Below are positions 24,981 to 38,816 of a stretch of 64,000 bases of DNA, piece after piece. The stretch is taken from NCBI GenBank assembly GCA_051294375.1, contig CM119265.1, positions 29,288,540-29,352,539 on the forward strand. Reading direction: 5' to 3'. The DNA comes from Paraspadella gotoi (lineage: Eukaryota; Animalia; Chaetognatha). Every line of letters starts with the position of its first letter. Position 1 is the stretch's first letter. The notes under the pieces were generated by a model that saw nothing but the letters and a program-made list of their open reading frames with translations, was not told where the DNA came from and made no database searches. Both the position numbers and the translations under genes were made by a program.

Positions 24981-25379
24981 GTGAGTAAAAATCTATCAAT
25001 CAGTTGGCCAATCAATCAATAAATCATTCAGTCGGTCAACCAATCAACCAATCAATTAATCATTAGGTCAATCAATCAATCAATCAAACAATGGCTAATC
25101 AGGTGATCTAAAAATTTGTAAATTAATCAAATAATCAATTTTTTTTCAGTCCCTCAATACATAATTCAATCAATCACTTGATCAATTTATTAACTGATCG
25201 GATTTTGAGTCAATCATTCTATTAATTTTTGTATCAATCAATCAAAAAATAATTACTTTATTATTCAATGTATTTGATTTTTTATCAACCAAAAATGTTA
25301 ACTTTTTGGCCTTATTTTCCCAGAACGCCACATTTTATCTTAAATTCTGAAATAGGTTAATTTTTTGAGTCAAATATTA

Positions 25380-25730
25380 AGTTAAAGGTTAGGATTAAGG
25401 ATTAGATTAAGGAATAAATTAAGGATTATATTAAATATTAGATTAAGGATTAGATTAAAGATTAGATTAAAGAAAAGATTAAGATTAGAGTAAGGAATAG
25501 ATTAAGGATTAAATTAAGGATTAGTTTAAAGATTACATTAAGAATTAAATTAGGGTTAGGTTAAGGATTAGATTAAGGATTAGATAAAGGTAAGTGATTA
25601 AGGTTAAGGTTAAAAATTTTGGGACTGGTATTTAGTGTTCGAGCTTTAAAATTAATGATAAGGATTTAGTGTTAGGGTTTTGGATTAGGTTAGGGTTCTG
25701 GATTAAGGTTAGGGATTAATTTATAAGTTT
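25380..25730. repeat. Degenerate TTAAGGATTAGA-type short tandem repeat
   Basis: Repeated ttaaggattaga and ttagggtt variants. Confidence 0.85.
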
Positions 25731-25907
25731 AATAATATATTTAGGTTAAATATTAAAGTTAAAATTAAATATGAAAACGAAATGTGACACTCTCGAAAAA
25801 GAGAGCCGAATTAATTCACGTGAAATGAAGAGAATTCAGGATTTGATGCCAAATCTTTTCTCGTGTTGAAAAAGCAATAAAATTTAAATTCATGGATGGG
25901 AACAACG

Positions 25908-26000
<93 letters not shown>

Positions 26001-26208
26001 CTCTCCTCTCTCTCTCCTCTTCTCTCTCTCTCTTTCTCTCTCTCTTTTGCTTCACGAGCTAAGAACTAGTAATGCAACATTTTTTTCTATCAACTATTTA
26101 GAATTTGAAAAAAAAATTTACTTGTTAAATATTGATTTTTAACAATACTTTACGAGAATTCTAATTCTCTTTACCAAAGCAAAGCAAAGGGTTGAATGAC
26201 GACAACGA

Positions 26209-26239
<31 letters not shown>

Positions 26240-27112
26240 CCAATAACGACCTTTTAAAAAATCTTCCTTCGATATTAAATTTCTATAATCAATTTTAAAA
26301 TTTTGAAAATGATAAATTTTCAAATCGATTACGCGATAAAAAAGCCAAAGTGCTTTGCCCAACCTTTCTTCTTAGCAGCCTTCCTTTGCGGCAACCTCTC
26401 TTTTTCGCAACCATTTTAACCAGCAACCTCTCTTTGCCGCAAGTTATATTTTCCGCAACCTATCTTTTTTCACAACAGCTCTTTGGCGTAATTTATTTTT
26501 GGTTACAACCAAATATACCGACATCTTCTTACAGCAACGATCCTTTGCCGCAACTCTTTGCCGCAACATTTGAAACTGAAGAGAATTAGAGGGAGCGAAA
26601 TTAAATAAATATTTTCTTATTTCAACAAGTATAGAACTTATTAACCAGTATATAAGGTGATAGACAGACGTGGGTCTATTACCCATCTCCTTCTCATTCA
26701 CCTCCTCTTCATCCTCCTCCCAGGGATTCGGGGCCGCGTTCACGAGATTCAGTTCACCTTTCTCTCTTCTACTGCTAGCTTCTCTCCCTTTTTTTACCCT
26801 CATTTTTGTCTCAGTATAGATTTTCCTTCCGTCAATATATTAGTTTCCCGCATTCTCGTCACTTTACTTCCGGTTAGGATACCTTTTCAGAGTGACGCCC
26901 AATTGTGTTGCTCGAACATCTCACCACAAAAAGAAAACGTATTTTAAAATAGAAAATAAAGACATGGACAACCACGACGACTAAGACGAAAACGACAAAA
27001 ATGACAACAACAACAACAACAACAACAACGACGACGACGACGACGACGACGTAGTCCTACTCAAATGCGTCAAGAAGAATAAAACTTGAGTCGAACAACA
27101 AGAAAGTCAAGT

Positions 27113-27230
27113 TCAGGTGCCAAGAATTCTAGAACAGGTGCCTCCGACTCAATGACAGGTGCCGTTGATTCAATGACAGGTGCCTCCGACTCAATGACAG
27201 GTGCCGTCGCCTGACGCGCCACAGGTGCCA
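27113..27230. repeat. 21-bp tandem repeat with CAGGTGCC core
   Basis: CAGGTGCC at 27114, 27135, 27156, 27177, 27198 and 27222. Confidence 0.9.
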
Positions 27231-27662
27231 TTTAAAGATGGATTCTCTGACAAGTGTCACTGCTAGGTCAGAGTTCACTATGCCGCATAGTCACAGTGTG
27301 CCTTAGTTTACGTGAAAATAAATTTGGGGTCAAGAAAGTTTAAGTTTAAAATTTGAGATGAAGATGGACTTTCACAAAATCGGGTTTCATCTCATCACTT
27401 AAATCACGATCACGCAACCTTAACTAATATAATATTCAAAAGTAAAATGACAATCATAATTAAACAATTAAACAATCACAACCACTATCACAATCGCTAA
27501 TACATTAAAGTCCATTATCACAATCACTATCACAATTGCAATTACCTTTACAACCACTATCACAATCACTATCACAGTCAAGAGGCAAGTGCCAGTTCGT
27601 TGAGGATTCTGGGACGAAAGCCAGAAAGAGTTGCGGACAATCAAGCGAATCAATTGGCTTGG

Positions 27663-27763
<101 letters not shown>

Positions 27764-28115
27764 TTAAGCACAACAGTAAGGAATTAATTTTACGATTAAC
27801 TTTTACAATTTATCTAAAGCGTTTAAGTTTCACTTAAGTGGATACTTAATAATTTTACGTCATATGTGATGTTTTTTTCTGTCGTAATTCGATGCTTGTG
27901 ACATAAAATGAGACTCACCTTTAAGATAAGGCTCACCTTAAATGGTGATGTGTTTGACTTTTAGTTGGAAAGAGACTCTTAATTTTTTACTCCGTCGTCG
28001 CTTCTTCTTTATTTCTCTTTCTTTTTTTCTTTTTTGCTTGCTTCCTTTGTTTCTCTCTCCCTTTGTTTCTTTCTTTCTTTCTTTCTTTCTCTCTCCCTTT
28101 CTTTCTTTCTTTTTT

Positions 28116-28202
<87 letters not shown>

Positions 28203-29036
28203 AATATTTTATTATCTATCTTTTTCTTTTCTTTTTCTATTAATAAACTCCTTTCTTTTACAGTGTCTCATCTTTTCTGTTTTCTCTCCTAAATTTCTCT
28301 TCTTTTGACATCTTAATGTTTCATTTCACCTTCTTTATCCATTTACGTTTTTTTTTCTTCATTTTTTTTCTAGATTCACTTTTTTTATTTCTTTTTTTTT
28401 AACCTTTTATATGTTTAGTTTTCTCTTGGTTAATATATTTTTTTCATTTTTAGTAATTTAACTTTTAAAACAAAATCCACATATATTTAGTCTATCAAAA
28501 TTTAAAATTACTCGTTTCATTATTTGAAGTTTTAGATTATATAATATTAATTAAAATTATTTATTACGAATTCTATTTTTTCTTTTTATTATTATTAGTA
28601 TTTTTTTATTAATTTTTTTTTTGATAATCTAAATCTAAATCGTCGAGGGTTGTTAGTGTTGTCTTCTGGAAATAGAGGGAGCATCTATACAACCCAAGGT
28701 TATATTACTTCCTTTCCTAGTTTTCTAAGTAGACATCACACATCATTTATGTGAGAAAATCATTAATAGACCCTCATAATATCTAAGAGGCTGAACAGAA
28801 AAGGGTGGAATGGGGAACTTGTTGGGCCACTAAGATTATGTCCGATTTTTTAGAGAAAATAAAAATTAACTCAAACAACAAAAAGAAAGGATTTATATCA
28901 AAAATATTTTATTATATATACATTTTTTTCTGTTTAAAACTTTAAGATAATGTGTATTTTGAGACAAGAGGGTCATCAGCTACTATAGTCTTCATGGATT
29001 TCGGCTCTTTAATCCCAATATCCAGTAGAGGCGAGC

Positions 29037-29580
29037 CATCATCAAATGGTGTTACTTCCATTATTATATCAAATGGTGTTACTTCCATTATTATATCCGT
29101 AATTATCCGTAATTATCTTGTAAGAGTGATGGAGGCCTTAAACCACCAAAGCCTGTCCAAAGTCAGGGGCAAGATAGCTTATTTATTAAATGAATGGATA
29201 ATTTTTATATTGGTTGTACCAATTTCATAAAATTCAGCTCCTTGTATTTTGATGCTAGTGCGGAGTACAATAAGTATTCCCCGATCTAATACTTAAGGGA
29301 GTGGTCTTTTCATACAATTGAAACATTCTTTGAAATATTTTCCACTTCATTGATAGGGAAGCCAGGTACTCTGGGAGTAAATAAACAGGACTGTGAGAGA
29401 GTCTTGATTGAAAGCTTGCAGGGACCTGCAATGTAATTATCTTGTAAGAGTGATGGAGGCCTTAAATCACCAAAGCCTGTCCAAAGTCAGGGGCAAGATA
29501 GCTTATTTATTAAATGAATGGATAATTTTTATATTGGTTGTACTAATTTCATCAAATGGTGTTACTTCAATTATTATATC
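29037..29580. repeat. Interspersed repeat with an internal direct duplication
   Basis: 29109-29228 matches 29433-29552. Related sequence is inverted at about 52757-52960 and partial at about 39280-39520. Confidence 0.85.
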
Positions 29581-30024
29581 AATATTTTATGTTATTTTTT
29601 TGATCAGTTATGTTAAACCGATGAGAACTGAATAATACACCAAGACGCTAAATTACCTTATTTTTTATATTAAATTTTATGTATATTTTTATATATTTTT
29701 ATCATCTTTATTCTTTTTTTTTTTGGTATTATAGGAACGAGAACCAGATCTGAGGTTTTTAGTTGTTTTCTATTTTATGAATTGAAATCCGGAAAACGAA
29801 TCCAAAAGTGAGAAATCAATCGGGAAGAGAAAACATATTACGTCACCGGTTGAGTCGATTCGATCGTCGAGGAATCAGACAAAAAGCACTACAGTATATT
29901 CAGTATATTCAGTATATTCATTTATTTTTTAATATTTTTTATTTTATTTATAATTTTTCTATACAGGAGAGGAGCCAGTTGACTCACAAAATCCTACATA
30001 TTGTTTCTTTGATGTTAGTGAATG

Positions 30025-30100
<76 letters not shown>

Positions 30101-32938
30101 CCTGGCGACTTTGCCAGTGATAAAATATAAAATTAGCGAATAAGACGAAAGGCGCGTGTTAGAATTAATTATTTTCAAAATTTTTAAAAAATGTAGTACT
30201 AACCTTAATTTAACTTTTCAAGCTCTATAGGAATCCGTTCTTAANNNNNNNNNNNNNNNNNNNNNNNNNNNNNNNNNNNNNNNNNNNNNNNNNNNNNNNN
30301 NNNNNNNNNNNNNNNNNNNNNNNNNNNNNNNNNNNNNNNNNNNNNNNNNNNNNNNNNNNNNNNNNNNNNNNNNNNNNNNNNNNNNNNNNNNNNNNNNNNN
30401 NNNNNNNNNNNNNNNNNNNNNNNNNNNNNNNNNNNNNNNNNNNNNNNNNNNNNNNNNNNNNNNNNNNNNNNNNNNNNNNNNNNNNNNNNNNNNNNNNNNN
30501 NNNNNNNNNNNNTTTTTCGAGAGAACTCGAAGTTATAAAAAGTGTTGAATTTTGGCCCGCCTTACTGGTTAGGGTTAGGGCCACGGATGCCGAGNNNNNN
30601 NNNNNNNNNNNNNNNNNNNNNNNNNNNNNNNNNNNNNNNNNNNNNNNNNNNNNNNNNNNNNNNNNNNNNNNNNNNNNNNNNNNNNNNNNNNNNNNNNNNN
30701 NNNNNNNNNNNNNNNNNNNNNNNNNNNNNNNNNNNNNNNNNNNNNNNNNNNNNNNNNNNNNNNNNNNNNNNNNNNNNNNNNNNNNNNNNNNNNNNNNNNN
30801 NNNNNNNNNNNNNNNNNNNNNNNNNNNNNNNNNNNNAAAAGGAAAAAAAAGAAATAGAAAAAAGGGAAAAAGACAATGAAGAAAAGAAAAAAAGAAAATG
30901 AAGAATTGAAAGACAGGAAAAAAGAAAACAAAAAAGAAAATAAAAAGAAGAAAAAAAGAAAATGACAAAATGACAAAAAGGAAAAAAAATAGAAAAAAAA
31001 TAGAAAAATTGAAAAAAAAGATGAAGAAAAAAAAGAAATGAAGAAATTCANNNNNNNNNNNNNNNNNNNNNNNNNNNNNNNNNNNNNNNNNNNNNNNNNN
31101 NNNNNNNNNNNNNNNNNNNNNNNNNNNNNNNNNNNNNNNNNNNNNNNNNNNNNNNNNNNNNNNNNNNNNNNNNNNNNNNNNNNNNNNNNNNNNNNNNNNN
31201 NNNNNNNNNNNNNNNNNNNNNNNNNNNNNNNNNNNNNNNNNNNNNNNNAAAAGTAAATTAACAAATAAAATGAAGGAAATTAAAAGAATTAAATAAAGAA
31301 ATGAAGAAATGAAAAAAAAATGAAGAAATAAAAAAGAAGATGAACAAATGAAATGAAGGAAATTAAAAGAAGGAATTAAAGAAATGAAGAAATGAAAAAA
31401 AGAAATGAAGAAATAAAAAAGGAAATGAACAAATAAAAAGAAAAAATGAAAAAGGAAATGAACAAAAGAAATGAAGGAAATTTAAAGAAGGAAATAAATA
31501 AATGAAGAAATGAAAAAATAAATGAAGAAATAAAAAAGGAAATGAACAAATGAAATGAACAAATGAAAAAGGAAATGAGAAAGAGAAAATTAAAATAAGG
31601 AAATAAAAAAATGAAGAAATGAAATGAAGGAAATTAAAAGAAAGAAATAAAGAAATGAAGAAATTAAATAAAGGAAATTAAAAGAAGGAAATAAAGAAAT
31701 GAAGAAATGAAATGAAGGAAATTAAAAGAAGTGAGGAGGAAAGAAGCAACTGAGTTAACGACGTCGCGTTATAGAATTATCAGGCGTCATTAACAGGCGG
31801 AATCTGAGGCAAAACCATCTGCGCTCTTTGCGGCAGACGTTGCTGGCTGTGTTGGGGATGAGAGAGAGGGAGAGGNNNNNNNNNNNNNNNNNNNNNNNNN
31901 NNNNNNNNNNNNNNNNNNNNNNNNNNNNNNNNNNNNNNNNNNNNNNNNNNNNNNNNNNNNNNNNNNNNNNNNNNNNNNNNNNNNNNNNNNNNNNNNNNNN
32001 NNNNNNNNNNNNNNNNNNNNNNNNNNNNNNNNNNNNNNNNNNNNNNNNNNNNNNNNNNNNNNNNNNNNNNNNNNNNNNNNNNNNNNNNNNNNNNNNNNNN
32101 NNNNNNNNNNNNNNNNNNNNNNNNNNNNNNNNNNNNNNNNNNNNNNNNNNNNNNNNNNNNNNNGAGAGAGAAAGAATGAGAGAGAGAGAAAGAGAGAGAA
32201 AAGAAAGAAAAGGTAAAAGTCTCTAAACGTTTAGCTACGAATATTCCTTTTTCTACGATCGATTTCCCTTTCATCCTAACATCGATCATCACTTGTTTGA
32301 CCTTTTTTGACCTTTTTTGACCCATTTGATCCACTGACCTCATTGTCCTCTTTAGACCCCTGACACTCTTGACAACGTTTGACCACTTACGTAAGACTAT
32401 AGTGACCCATTTTCTAGAAAATGAGAATTAGAATTGAAAAGTTGAGAGTTCCTCGTATTAGTTCACATACAAAGATAGAAGCATGTTTGAAAAATATAAT
32501 TTCTCAAATTATAAACTTTTAAAATGTACATTATGTAAAGGTAGTGAGGAAATTAAAGAAAATGACAGATTTATTACATAAGCACGATATACACTCCAGA
32601 GAAAAAAAAACGCGGCACTTTATAACTTTAAATTCCAGACGNNNNNNNNNNNNNNNNNNNNNNNNNNNNNNNNNNNNNNNNNNNNNNNNNNNNNNNNNNN
32701 NNNNNNNNNNNNNNNNNNNNNNNNNNNNNNNNNNNNNNNNNNNNNNNNNNNNNNNNNNNNNNNNNNNNNNNNNNNNNNNNNNNNNNNNNNNNNNNNNNNN
32801 NNNNNNNNNNNNNNNNNNNNNNNNNNNNNNNNNNNNNNNNNNNNNNNNNNNNNNNNAAATCTAAAATCGACTTTCATCTAAAACCTTCAAAATCATGGAC
32901 CAGTCTTTGATCGTGTATTTCGATATCTCGATATATCG

Positions 32939-32998
<60 letters not shown>

Positions 32999-33035
32999 AA
33001 CCTAATGTTTGTGAAACTGAAACAGTAACGATTTT

Positions 33036-33085
33036 AAATGCTGATGAAGACTGAAAAAAAACATGAGTCGAAACATGTCCGATTT
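33036..33085 (+). ncRNA. Minimal type I hammerhead ribozyme
   Basis: CUGAUGA(33041-47)-A-GACU/loop/AGUC-GAAA-CAUGUC with an imperfect stem I (aaaug/cgauuu). Confidence 0.7.
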
Positions 33086-33243
33086 TTATTGTAATAATTA
33101 AAACAATTGTTGTTAAAACAAATTTCGTTATTCTCCCATTAAATTTAACACTAAAAACAAAAAAGAAAGGCTAATTACATTTTTTTTTAAATCCAACTAT
33201 ATGCAAAAAAAAATATTTCTTTTCGTTGTTTGAATTCTATGAA

Positions 33244-33327
33244 GAATTAGAAAAATTTTAGTTTGTACAACGATGTTTTTTTAAAAAACAAATAAAATCG
33301 TTGTGCATACTCAAATTTCTCTAATTC
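33244..33327. repeat. Imperfect inverted repeat downstream of the hammerhead
   Basis: gaattagaaaaattttagtttgtacaacgat against the reverse complement of the right arm, gaattagagaaatttgagtatgcacaacgat (4 mismatches). It contains aataaaatcgttg. Confidence 0.85.
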
Positions 33328-33450
33328 CTACTACTTAAGTTTTAATAGGACTTAGCCTTACCAATTTCATATGTATATTAAACTATACATTTATATTAGA
33401 AACATCGTTATTCTCGATTTCTGATGAACTAAAGAAGAGAAATGGCGAAC

Positions 33451-34300
33451 AACAAGTTTTAGCAAACAATGTCGGATCTGCCCACGATCATTAGCGGTAA
33501 TTAATAAATTAATTAATACAAACTATAAAAACTAATGTTTGTTTTTAAGTCTTTTCGTCACTGACCACGACAAAAGCATCAACGACGATGATGGCGACGA
33601 CGACAATATTTCCGATAAAAACTGACTTGATTGATTGATTAAATAATTAATTAATTAATAAATAAATTGATTGATTCAATAATTAATTAATAGATAACTA
33701 AATAAATTGATTGATTGAACAATTACTTGATTGATTAATTGACCGATTAATTAATTAATTAATTAATACATCTTGAATTTATATTTAATATTAAGATAAA
33801 AAGAAGCATAATCAATTAGTGAAACAGGTTTTTTGTTTTTTCCATTAAACTCATTTCCACTCAGACGATTCAATCGTAACTTGATTTCCAGCTTAATCAC
33901 ACACTTTCATACCCACATCCAAAATTTCAAGTCAATCGTCCCCTCCACTCTCGATGAATTGGCGTTCAATTAGTGAAATTTTTTTTTTATTTAGACTCAT
34001 TTCCAATAGCACGATTCTATCGCAACTTTATATCCAGCTCAATCACACACTTCCCTACAGACACAAAAGTACATTCCAATCCATTCATCCAATCATGAGC
34101 AATTTGCTCAGGTGGGACGGATGGACAGACGGACGGATGGACGAATGGACGGACATCATTTTTTTTTGCATAATTTATTATAATTTGATGTTCTGACATG
34201 ATATAAGTGAGTGCCCGACAAGATTGAGAGGGAGGACCGACGGACCGACAAAGTGAATTATAGAGTCGGGATCTGCTAATAAGCAGATCAGACTAAAAAA
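33451..34300 (-). mobile_element. HINE-like element, same family as 9183-9899
   Basis: Reverse-complement homology throughout: gtcgggatctgc..gcagatcagactaaaaaa end, GGAC/GGAT tract, and aacaagttt..gtcggatctgcccacgatcatt end. Confidence 0.75.
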
Positions 34301-34692
34301 GTAGAGAAGAAAAAAAAGGAAAAGAGAAAAAATAAAAGAGACGAGAAGAGGAGAAGAGAATAGATGAGAAAAGAAGAGAAAAGAAGAGAAAAGAAGGGAA
34401 GAAAAGAAAGAAAAAGAAAAGAAAAGAAAAGAAAAGATAATAAAATTTTAAAAAGAAAAGAAAAGAAGGAGAGATAAGAAAAGAAGGAAAGATAAGATAA
34501 GAAGAAAAAGAAAAAAAAAGAAAAGAAAAGAAGCGGTTGGCCGTAATGTGGCGGTCAAGAGACGCAGAGAGGCGTGGCTTTGCTTGAAGCCAATTATTGT
34601 GTCGACGACGACGACGACGACGACGACAAAAACGTCAAAGCTTATATCACCAAACGACAAGGTGACGCCTCCATTATCAAGATAGTAAAGGG

Positions 34693-34750
<58 letters not shown>

Positions 34751-35283
34751 TATAGAGGATTAAAAAAGTATCAGAAATTATATTATCAATTGCATCACAG
34801 AAAAAAAAGACCAAATTGATCATCCTTAAAATACATTTTTTTTACTTTTTGTTTCTTTTCTCTACTGATATCTTGTTTTACTTCATTGTGGCCTCTGATT
34901 TCATTGACTTCATTGCCATCAGCCCCCATAGCAATTGATTCCATTGCAATTAACTGCATTGCTGACTATCCCCATTGCAATTCACTCCATTGCCAACTGT
35001 CCCCATTGAAATTTACATCTAAACTACAGGATTGCAGAATGTATTGATTTGTCGCCACCTGCTTGCCTATCAGCGTAGCGGAATAAGTTGTTGTTCATTT
35101 GAAATGAGATTAAGTTCTTCAATCTCATTTACATATTGTAGCAGTTTACATAAATCATATCATATCATATCATATCTTTTGATCGGGTTTTCATAAAAGT
35201 ATTATTTTACTATTTTACTGCATTAAGAGTTTAAGGATATTACAAACAATTTGATTTTTTATGACGATTTTATTTTAATACAA

Positions 35284-35327
35284 GTGGGACATGTTTCGAC
35301 TCATATTTTCGAGTCTTTATCAGCGCA
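35284..35327 (-). ncRNA. Hammerhead motif with a core mutation (CUGAUAA), probably inactive
   Basis: Minus strand CUGAUAA-A-GACUC/loop/GAGUC-GAAA-CAUGUC, followed by aaataaaatcgtc. Confidence 0.65.
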
Positions 35328-36071
35328 ATTAAACAGTTAAATAACTGTTTATACTTGATTTTTTTAGGTTTTTATGATTTTGATTTTTCATAATAATATG
35401 GGGAGAGGGATTTTAGTGTTGTCGTCTGGAAATAGAGGGAGCATCTATACTACACGAGGTTTAAAAAAATGAATTTGATTCATTTCTCATGTTAAAAAAA
35501 ATATTATGATTTTGATTCTTATGAATTAGTTTATAACTTCAAATTATAATACTTAGCAGATACAGTTCCAGTCTTTTTACATTTTTTTTACGTTTTTACG
35601 TTTTTTGATAGCGTTGTTATTTAATCCTTGAACGTTCTGGAAAGTTTTTTTTTTTAAATATTGTTTTTATTGATACCGTTGCTGTTTTTCTATTTAACAT
35701 TTGTGCTAATTTCGTTTTTGTTATTAATAAATTAGTTTGCACTTAATATTCAAATATTATATTCTGCTACATCAGCTTCAATCTGATACTATATCGCTTC
35801 GATGCCGCTTTAAGATATCGCTTTAAGATCGCTTTAAGATGCCGCTTTAAGATATCGTAAAACTCGGCCCGAGAGCCAAGTTTTATTTAGCCGCTCATGT
35901 CCGTCCCCATGAGTGTAGCATATGTCGTCTTTGTTGCAGTAAATGCTGCAGGAGAGGTGCGGCAGAGCCGTTGCAGCGCACGGTCAGATTCTGCAGACGC
36001 CGATCTAAAAAAAAGCAGAGAGAGAGAGTGAGAGACAGAGAGAGAGAGAGAGACTGAGCAGAAGCAAATGA

Positions 36072-36151
36072 AATCTTAATAGGCGACCCGAAATAAATTT
36101 GACCGGAAGTGGACGAAGAGACATGCGCGAGATAGCACTAAAGGCTAGAGA

Positions 36152-36211
<60 letters not shown>

Positions 36212-36801
36212 GACAGAGAGACAGAGCAGAAGCAATGGCTGCACCAATACATGTAAATCGCTTTCAAGGGCTTAAACTGAACTTTTACTGTCGCACTAAT
36301 AATATCATTTTAAATTTGTATCATTTTTTAACTTTTTTATTTTTTCAGCTTGCATCATTTTTTTAGCTTGCATAATTTTTACAACTTGCATCATTTTTTC
36401 AATTGCATCTTTTTTTCAACTTGCATAATTTTTTTCAACTTGCATAATTTTTTCAACTTACATAATTTTTTTAACTTGCATCATTTTTTCAACTTGCATA
36501 ATTTTTTTCAACTTGCATAATTTTTTCAACTTACATAATTTTTTTTAACTTGCATCATTTTTATAACTTGCATCATTTTTTTAATTGCATCATTTTTTCA
36601 ACTTGCATTATTTTATTAACTTGCATCATTTTTTTAACTTGCCTCATTTTTTAAACTTCATAACGGAAAAAAAAATGACGGGCGAAAAAAAATGAAAAAA
36701 AAAAATTCAAGGGTAAAGTAAATCGCTGAAGTTATTTTCAATCTTAATAGGCGACCCGAAATAAATTTGACCGGAAGTGAACGAAGAGACATCTGCGAGA
36801 T
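36072..36801. repeat. 62-bp direct repeats flanking (GA)n and an about 20-bp minisatellite
   Basis: 36072-36133 vs 36740-36801 (3 mismatches), with an aacttgcat(a/c)attttttt array at about 36340-36660. Confidence 0.9.
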
Positions 36802-38017
36802 TAATAGTTCAATAGTGTTTAATAGAATAAATTCAAGGAGAGATATAAAAAAAATTGCAAGATTACTTGTATAATAACAATTATGTATTTAATTTAACAA
36901 CATACTTTTATATTAATTATACCTAATAGTTTAACTAATTGTTCTTATAAATATAAATATAATTTTTTCCTCAGATTCGACTTTTAGAAAAAAAAACTNN
37001 NNNNNNNNNNNNNNNNNNNNNNNNNNNNNNNNNNNNNNNNNNNNNNNNNNNNNNNNNNNNNNNNNNNNNNNNNNNNNNNNNNNNNNNNNNNNNNNNNNNN
37101 NNNNNNNNNNNNNNNNNNNNNNNNNNNNNNNNNNNNNNNNNNNNNNNNNNNNNNNNNNNNNNNNNNNNNNNNNNNNNNNNNNNNNNNNNNNNNNNNNNNN
37201 NNNNNNNNNNNNNNNNNNNNNNNNNNNNNNNNNNNNNNNNNNNNNNNNNNNNNNNNNNNNNNNNNNNNNNNNNNNNNNNNNNNTCTCTCTCTCGTTAGAA
37301 CTCAATATTTTGCCTAAAAGTCTTCGAATTCGAACTGAAAAAATTCGACGGAAAGAAATTCGAAAAAAAATTAGACGATTGAGATGAAACGAAGACGACG
37401 ATGACGACGACGATGATGATGACGACGACGATAAATTAAAAGGAGGATGACGTCGGCGACGATAGTGACGACGACGATGACGAAGATGACGTCCAAGATT
37501 GAAATTTCCTTTGTTCTTTTTATCCTTGTCCATGAATTAACTTATTTACATTTTTCCTCTTCTCTTCAATTAGACCGGATTTACTAGAGCGCTTTGTTCT
37601 AATTCTCTGGAGCGTTTTTTTTTTAATTCGCCGGAGTGCCTTGCTGGAGCGCTTTGTTCTAATTTGATGGAGCTTTTTGAAAAAATAATTTGTTTATTAT
37701 GAATAAATTTAATTTCCAAATTGAGAAGACAGTGCCAGATATTTCGAATTAATTTTTTAAGTCATCATGAGTGTTATAAAATACCAGGAATAAAGTGAAA
37801 ATACTGAAGAGAGAGACAAAAAAAAAATAAAAGTAAAACTCCCTTACTTCTTTTCTTTTCTTCCTCTCTTTTCCTATCTTTTCCCTTTCTCCTCTTCCTT
37901 TCTTCTCTTCTTCTCTTTTCCTCTTTCTCGCTTAAAACACGAATTTTTTTGTGAGTTTTGGAGCAGAAAAAAGGCCCGGGATTTTGTAATGGCATCTCTC
38001 TCTCTCTCGCTCTCTCT

Positions 38018-38074
<57 letters not shown>

Positions 38075-38816
38075 CTACCACCTGAAAGAACAGGTGGCGA
38101 TCAAAGGTGGAATCGCCATCAATTAAAAACCCATGACGCCTTTTGCTTTCGTCGTCGTCGTCGTCGTCGTCGTCGTCTTCTTCTTTTTCGCTCAATCCAT
38201 CTTCATCTTTTGTCGTCGTCGTCGTCGTTCGTCTGTCACACTGACAACGACGTCTTTCAAACAAACACTGACACGACAATGTCAATTTTAATAATGAAAC
38301 GAATTTTAAAAATAAAAAATTAGGAGAAGAGAAATGTTATCGAAAACATCAAATTAAAAACAGGATTAAAGAAAAAGACAAGGACGACGACGACGACGAC
38401 CACGACGACGACGACGACGATGACAATGACAAAGGCGATAGGATGAGCTTATCACCCAAATGATTATTTTTGCTAAAAAGACCAAATGTTTTTTTTTCGG
38501 CGTCCGAAATTGGGAATGGAATGAAGATCACAGGTCGAATGTGAATTAGTTCCATTGAATTTGGCCAGTGACCCGATCACAGATCAAATTATTAATCAAA
38601 CCACAGACCTTAAAATTGACGGGACCTCTGATCCGACCACTGACCTGACCTGACCCACTATTATCCGAGCCAAAGAAGATAATGATAGATTTAATTTAAG
38701 ATTAACATTAACAATAACATTTAAATAAAAACGGTTTTTTTTCGTTAAAACAGATAAATAATATGATTAAGCCGCTCCGGCCGTGATGGAAGGTAACGCC
38801 GAATACATGTATATTA

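Noticed and set aside
25380-25730. Interstitial telomere (TTAGG/TTAGGG)
   Set aside because: Only scattered TTAGG(G) units occur within a TTAAGGATTAGA-type repeat, with no pure tract.
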